Assembly: GCA_963807635.1 (NCBI GenBank)
Contig: CAWEDJ010000019.1
Span: forward strand, 1 to 14,850
DNA length: 14,850 nt
Source of the DNA: an uncultured cyanobacterium
Lineage (GTDB): Bacteria > Cyanobacteriota > Cyanobacteriia > Cyanobacteriales > Microcystaceae
Reading direction: 5' to 3'
Shown: one piece after another, positions 10,506 through 14,850 of the stretch
Position numbering within the stretch: position 1 is the first letter of the stretch
Layout of the letters: every line of letters starts with the position of its first letter
The notes under the pieces: generated by a model
The model's database searches: none
What the model saw: only the letters and a program-made list of their open reading frames with translations
What the model was told of the DNA's origin: nothing
Translations under genes and position numbers: made by a program

Positions 10506-11117
10506 CTAAGTAATGACCGTGCGGCCATTGTAAAGACTCATCGCTTTTTCGATCCCACTTTTTAGCCCTAATTCTAGGGATTCAATGGCTAAATCCAGGC
10601 TTTTTTGCACAATCGGGCCATCTTCTGGGGAAAATTTGCCTAATACGTGGGAAACCGTTTCGCCTCCCCCCTTAGAGCGACCAATCCCTAACCGCAAACG
10701 AGGAAAATCTTGGCTATTGAGATGACTAATGATCGATTTCATTCCATTGTGACCGCCCGCAGAGCCAGACAGCCGCAAGCGCAACCGCCCCAACTCTAAA
10801 TCCATATCGTCATAGACCACTAACAAGGATTCAGGGCTTAACTTATACCAATCCATCACCGCTCGCACCGATTGACCCGAACGATTCATATAGGTCGTCG
10901 GTTTGAGTAAGCCGATTTTGTGACCCAGGACTTCCCCTTCCGCAAAAAAACCTTGAAAACGTCGATTTTCTTGTAACTTAAATTGCCAGCTATGGGCTAG
11001 GGCATCCACGACTTCAAAGCCGATGTTGTGGCGGGTTTGGTTGTATTTTGCTTCAGGATTCCCCAATCCCACAATCAAACGGGGAATAATCAAGGGTTTA
11101 GCGTTTGCGTCTGTCAT
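10506..11117 (-). CDS. pth: Peptidyl-tRNA hydrolase
   Basis: LIVGLGNP...TRHNIGF...KPTTYMNRSG...VVYDDMDL...GSAGGHNGMKSII...HVLGKF. ATG at 11117 is the preferred start. Confidence 0.96.
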   Translation of the reverse strand: MTDANAKPLIIPRLIVGLGNPEAKYNQTRHNIGFEVVDALAHSWQFKLQENRRFQGFFAEGEVLGHKIGLLKPTTYMNRSGQSVRAVMDWYKLSPESLLVVYDDMDLELGRLRLRLSGSAGGHNGMKSIISHLNSQDFPRLRLGIGRSKGGGETVSHVLGKFSPEDGPIVQKSLDLAIESLELGLKSGIEKAMSLYNGRTVIT

Positions 11118-11125
11118 TTTTAAAA

Positions 11126-11350
11126 TCAATCAGGTCTTTGAAAAAGCGTTTCTAGATAAACCCTGGAACAAGCACGATAGTCTCTGGAAGCTTGTCCTCC
11201 GTAGCTCCCTTCATTTTGTAACAGAAAAAGGGACAGAGATGCGGCAAACACTCGGTCTAGATCCCAATTGGGATGACTTTCTAGGTATTTGGTCAGGGTT
11301 TCGTGTAAATCTTCTGGTATTTCAGCAAAAATACTAACGGACGTATTCAT
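11126..11350 (-). CDS. DUF2811 family small protein (74 aa)
   Basis: MNTSVSIFAEIPEDLHETL..YLESHPNWDLDRVFAASLSLFLLQN matches the DUF2811 pattern as I recall it. GAGG RBS precedes the ATG at 11350. Confidence 0.8.
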   Translation of the reverse strand: MNTSVSIFAEIPEDLHETLTKYLESHPNWDLDRVFAASLSLFLLQNEGSYGGQASRDYRACSRVYLETLFQRPD

Positions 11351-11681
11351 AATAACCTCAATCGATGGGAGATAAGTCCTCACGCTTCTTTTGATAACTG
11401 CACTAAACTAGCGGCGATCGGTGAGGGGTGTAAGGGGTGAACATTATTTTTAACGGCGAATCGGGTTGCTTGTCAATGCTAAGAAATATTACAGAGATTT
11501 TAAGATTCTCTTTCGACTTACGACAGAATAAGGGTTTTGCCCTAGTTTTTGTTGCAAAACTTAACAGTAACTCAGTGTTTGCTGGAGTTGGTCGTAAAGA
11601 AACCTGGATTCCCCAAGTAAATCGCCCTAAAATTTTTTGACCTACTACCACTAGGGATCGGTCAGTGGGATGGACTCTATC

Positions 11682-11800
11682 TGTGGGGATTGGGGATAAC
11701 TTGGCGATAACCTTCTGGGGAAAAGTCGGGCATAACCTGTGGAAAACCTAGCCTATGGAGGTTAAGTCTGGGGAAAACGTGGGGAAGAGTCGGGGGAAAA
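11682..11800 (+). promoter_or_regulatory. Array of co-oriented DnaA-box-like 9-mers
   Basis: TGGGGATAA 11691, TGGCGATAA 11702, TGGGGAAAA 11716, CGGGCATAA 11727, TGTGGAAAA 11738 (reverse complement TTTTCCACA), TGGGGAAAA 11769, TGGGGAAGA 11780, GGGGGAAAA 11792. Confidence 0.6.
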
Positions 11801-11882
11801 GTCAGCAAAAAATAAGAATTGCAAAATTTTGAGGGTATGTAACAATTTACAAAAGAATCATTCGTCACGGGATAAAAAAATC

Positions 11883-12104
11883 ATGGTAGCTACAGTCATT
11901 AAAAAGGGGTCGTTAGTCCGAGTACTTCGGGAGCAATTGGATGATAGTCTAGAATCTAAGGCCAGCGATCGCCGTTTTCCGAATTATCTCTTCGACAGCA
12001 AAGGTGAAGTCGTGGATCTCAAGGATGAATACGCCTTGATTCGCTTCTATGTACCAACTCCCAACGTCTGGTTACGGGTGGATCAACTCCAATCAGTCGA
12101 TTAA
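11883..12104 (+). CDS. ndhO: NAD(P)H-quinone oxidoreductase (NDH-1) subunit O
   Basis: IKKGSLVRVLREQLDDSLESKASDRRFPNYLFDSKGEV...PTPNVWLRVDQL; ATG at 11883. Confidence 0.92.
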   Translation: MVATVIKKGSLVRVLREQLDDSLESKASDRRFPNYLFDSKGEVVDLKDEYALIRFYVPTPNVWLRVDQLQSVD

Positions 12105-12125
12105 AAAGCCCATCTCCCAAAATTT

Positions 12126-13094
12126 ATGAATGCTTTCTTACACTCAGCAACGGCCTATCAATTTTTTAAGGTTGCCGTGATCGGGGCGGGCAATGTCGGC
12201 CGTGCCCTGGCTCAACGCATCATTGAAAAAAATGTTGCCGATGTTGTTTTGTTAGACATTGTGCCAGGTTTGCCCCAGGGGATTGCCCTGGATTTGATGT
12301 CGGCCAGAGGAATCGAAGGTCAAGATAGCCAAATTGTCGGCACAAATAACTACGAAGACACGGCTGACGCGAATATTGTCGTTATTACCGCAGGATTGGC
12401 CCGTAAACCTGGCATGAGTCGGGATGATTTATTGGCGATTAATGCCAAAATTGTCGCCGAAGCTGCCGAAAAAGCACTCAAATATTCCCCCGATGCCATT
12501 TTTCTGGTTATTACCAATCCCCTAGATGTAATGACCTATTTAACATGGAAAGTCACGGGTTTACCGACCCAACGGGTGATGGGGATGGCGGGGATTCTAG
12601 ATTCTTCAAGATTACAACTCTTTATTGCTATGCAATTGGGGGTTTGTTCTGCTGATATCAGTACGATGGTTTTGGGCGGTCATGGGGATTTGATGTTACC
12701 TTTACCCCGTTATTGCACCGTTCGAGGTGTCCCGATTACGGAACTATTGGATACCTCAACCATTGACCAATTGGTAGAACGCACCCGCAATGGAGGAGCC
12801 GAAATCGTCAAATTATTGCAAACAGGAGGGGCCTATTACGCACCCTCGTCCTCTGCCTGTGTGATGATTGAGGCCATTTTACGCAATCAATCCCGTCTTT
12901 TACCCGCCGCGACCTATCTTCAAGGAGAATATGGACTAGAGGATGTTTTTCTGGGGGTTCCCTGTCGGTTAGGCTGTCATGGGGTGGAATCGATTCTGGA
13001 AGTGTCATTAACAGAGTCGGAAAAAGACGCTTTACACATCTCGGCCCAATCCGTCCGCAAAAATGTGGAGTTGGCGATCGCGAGTTTAGGCTGA
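12126..13094 (+). CDS. mdh: Malate dehydrogenase (LDH-like)
   Basis: VIGAGNVG, ITAGLARKPGMSRDDLL, ITNPLD, GMAGILDSSR, LGGHGD, RTRNGGAEIV. Confidence 0.95.
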   Translation: MNAFLHSATAYQFFKVAVIGAGNVGRALAQRIIEKNVADVVLLDIVPGLPQGIALDLMSARGIEGQDSQIVGTNNYEDTADANIVVITAGLARKPGMSRDDLLAINAKIVAEAAEKALKYSPDAIFLVITNPLDVMTYLTWKVTGLPTQRVMGMAGILDSSRLQLFIAMQLGVCSADISTMVLGGHGDLMLPLPRYCTVRGVPITELLDTSTIDQLVERTRNGGAEIVKLLQTGGAYYAPSSSACVMIEAILRNQSRLLPAATYLQGEYGLEDVFLGVPCRLGCHGVESILEVSLTESEKDALHISAQSVRKNVELAIASLG

Positions 13095-13139
13095 AATAGT
13101 TTTATGATCAATCAACAGATTTTTTAAAGAGCAACTATC

Positions 13140-14183
13140 GTGACGGACACCCATTCTCCCCATTGGCCCACGCTTCTACAGCAATTACTTGATCGCCATT
13201 CCCTTTCTCAAGTACAAGCTTCCCAACTGATGCAAGGTTGGCTAAAGGAAGAAATTCCCGCTGTTCTCTCTGGAGCAATTCTCGCCGCCATTCAGGCTAA
13301 GGGCGTTTCGGCAGAGGAATTAGCAGGCATGGCCCAGGTTTTGCAGGGTCAATCCTTACAACAAAATCTGATTGCCCATTCCCAACCCCTAGTCGATACC
13401 TGTGGTACGGGAGGCGATGGCTCATCTACCTTTAATATCTCCACCGCAGTCGCCTTTGTGGTCGCCGCCGCAGGGGTCAAAGTCGCCAAGCATGGTAATC
13501 GTTCGGCATCCAGTAAGGTGGGTTCCGCCGATGTCCTAGAGGCTCTAGGCATTAATTTAACTGCCCCTTCTGAAAAAGTCTCCGCCGCCGTTGAAGCCGT
13601 AGGCATTACTTTTCTCTTTGCTCCTGGTTGGCATCCCGCCCTCAAAAGTGTGGCCGCCCTCCGCAAAACCCTCAATATTAGAACGATTTTTAATTTGCTC
13701 GGCCCCTTAGTGAATCCTTTACGCCCAACAGGTCAAGTTATTGGGGTGTATGATGCCCAATTTTTAACGCCTTTAGCGGAAGCCTTGGCAGTTTTGGGAA
13801 CCTCAAAGGCAATGATTGTTCATGGTAGGGAACGCTTAGATGAAGCAGGTTTGGGAGATATAACGGATATTGCTTTACTCACGAATAATCAAGTAAATCT
13901 AAGTACCTTAAATCCTCAAGAGTTAGATCTAACACCTGTCTCCATTTCTGAGTTAAAGGGGGGAAATTTAATCGAAAATACGGATATTCTGCGAAATGTG
14001 TTACAGGGAAAGGGGACTCTGGCTCAATTGGAGGCTGTGGCGTTGAATGCGTCGTTGGCTCTACAGGTGGGTGAAGCGGTAACCTGGGGAAATCATCAGC
14101 AGGGCATTGAAACAGCGAAAGATATTTTGAAGAGTGGCTTGGCTTGGCAAAAGTTAGAGGCTTTAGTTGATTTTTTAAGGTAA
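13140..14183 (+). CDS. trpD: Anthranilate phosphoribosyltransferase
   Basis: [54 protein letters not shown]. Confidence 0.96.
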   Translation: MTDTHSPHWPTLLQQLLDRHSLSQVQASQLMQGWLKEEIPAVLSGAILAAIQAKGVSAEELAGMAQVLQGQSLQQNLIAHSQPLVDTCGTGGDGSSTFNISTAVAFVVAAAGVKVAKHGNRSASSKVGSADVLEALGINLTAPSEKVSAAVEAVGITFLFAPGWHPALKSVAALRKTLNIRTIFNLLGPLVNPLRPTGQVIGVYDAQFLTPLAEALAVLGTSKAMIVHGRERLDEAGLGDITDIALLTNNQVNLSTLNPQELDLTPVSISELKGGNLIENTDILRNVLQGKGTLAQLEAVALNASLALQVGEAVTWGNHQQGIETAKDILKSGLAWQKLEALVDFLR

Positions 14184-14191
14184 GTTTTAGC

Positions 14192-14230
14192 AGCCCCCCT
14201 TATCAAGGGGGGTAGGGGGGGATCAAACCT
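14192..14230. repeat. Left inverted repeat of the DUF559 cassette (internally palindromic)
   Basis: AGCCCCCCTTATCAAGGGGGGTAGGGGGGGATCAAACCT is the reverse complement of 14581-14618 apart from one extra G. Confidence 0.92.
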
Positions 14231-14580
14231 CCAATCACCCCACAAATACCCTCAAAATTAGTCAAAACTTCTTCATTTGTAAATCTGATTACTGTTAACC
14301 CATAACCTTCTAAAATTTGAGTTCTTTCTAAGTCGTAAGTCTGAGCATTTTCGCTGTTATGGCTATCTCCATCAATTTCAATCACTAATTTTAATTGAGG
14401 ACAATAAAAGTCAACAATAAATTGACCAATGGGTCTTTGGCGATGGACTCTATATTTGAAGTTTCTTAAATATTCATACCAAAGTTTTCTTTCAGCCTTG
14501 GTCATGTTTTTGCGGAGTTCTTTGGCGCGTTCTACGAGTTTGGGATTGTAGGGTAGATGGTGATGATCTGTTAGTTGCAT
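14203..14580 (-). CDS. DUF559 family (Vsr-like, PD-(D/E)XK) endonuclease
   Basis: RAKELRKNMTKAERKLW..LR...RQRPIGQFIVDFYC..LKLVIEIDGDSH...D.ERT..LE..G..VIRFTNEEV. If the G7 run is really G6, the ORF ends IPPTPLDKGGC* at 14187. Confidence 0.9.
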   Translation of the reverse strand: MQLTDHHHLPYNPKLVERAKELRKNMTKAERKLWYEYLRNFKYRVHRQRPIGQFIVDFYCPQLKLVIEIDGDSHNSENAQTYDLERTQILEGYGLTVIRFTNEEVLTNFEGICGVIGGLIPPYPP

Positions 14581-14618
14581 AGGTTTGATCCCCCCTACCC
14601 CCCTTGATAAGGGGGGCT
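14581..14618. repeat. Right inverted repeat of the DUF559 cassette
   Basis: AGGTTTGATCCCCCCTACCCCCCTTGATAAGGGGGGCT directly abuts the ATG at 14580. Confidence 0.92.
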
Positions 14619-14661
14619 TTTTTCTGATTTAAAATTTACTAAATCTGTGATATATTACAGG

Positions 14662-14850
14662 TTACAAGTCGTTGCGCGAAAAAAAGAGACACCACCCCCA
14701 GTCATTACCACACTTCACCCTCCCCACCCAACTCCAACCTATTGGAAGGTGTGCCTTTTCACTTCCATCTAATAAAAAAGTTAGCTCGTCATAGCTCAAC
14801 CAGTTTCCGCTCCGCCGCCAACCCACTTGGCCAGCAAATTTTTTATAGAC
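14662..14850 (-). CDS. C-terminal part of a GUN4-domain protein (partial; not in the ORF track)
   Basis: Open frame from the window edge: VYKKFAGQVGWRRSGNWLSYDELTFLLDGSEKAHLPIGWSWVGRVKCGNDWGWCLFFSRNDL*. The VGWR..W..Y..LTF....HLP pattern is typical of the GUN4 domain. Confidence 0.8.
   Translation of the reverse strand, partial: VYKKFAGQVGWRRSGNWLSYDELTFLLDGSEKAHLPIGWSWVGRVKCGNDWGWCLFFSRNDL

Noticed and set aside
11642..11654. DnaA-trio-like CTACTACCACTA next to the box array
   Set aside because: It is short and in the opposite orientation relative to the boxes compared with the Bacillus subtilis arrangement as I recall it, so it is not counted as support for oriC.
11403..11868. ORFs 11403-11651, 11437-11640 and 11677-11868
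   Set aside because: No protein features; two overlap each other on opposite strands and the third is a read-through of the 9-mer array.
14180..14630. Classical IS or target-site duplication around the DUF559 cassette
   Set aside because: No direct repeat flanks the inverted repeats and the ORF has no DDE or HUH transposase motif.

Overview
Cyanobacterial chromosomal segment, judged from about 15 perfect HIP1 octamers (GCGATCGC) and the ndhO, psrp3/ycf65 and GUN4-domain genes. It is mostly housekeeping and carbon metabolism: selO/ydiU, hisF, a small membrane protein, a C-factor-like SDR, a membrane protein, D-lactate dehydrogenase, phosphoketolase divergent from gap1, a hypothetical gene, psrp3, pth, DUF2811, ndhO, mdh, trpD, a DUF559 endonuclease and the 3' end of a GUN4-domain gene. 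Five genes in the first 6.7 kb each carry a single-base frameshift, probably sequencing error. The most interesting signals are small or non-coding: (1) the DUF559 nuclease gene framed exactly by 38/39-bp palindromic inverted repeats, with gene-less copies of the same repeat at 5.5 kb; (2) a nested repeat in which a MITE with Tn5/IS50-like ends sits in the centre of one such palindrome and carries another; (3) an 11-bp-phased, co-oriented array of DnaA-box-like 9-mers between DUF2811 and ndhO; (4) a G-rich, C-poor segment in the GUN4-domain tail, followed by a short cassette that stops in all three frames.
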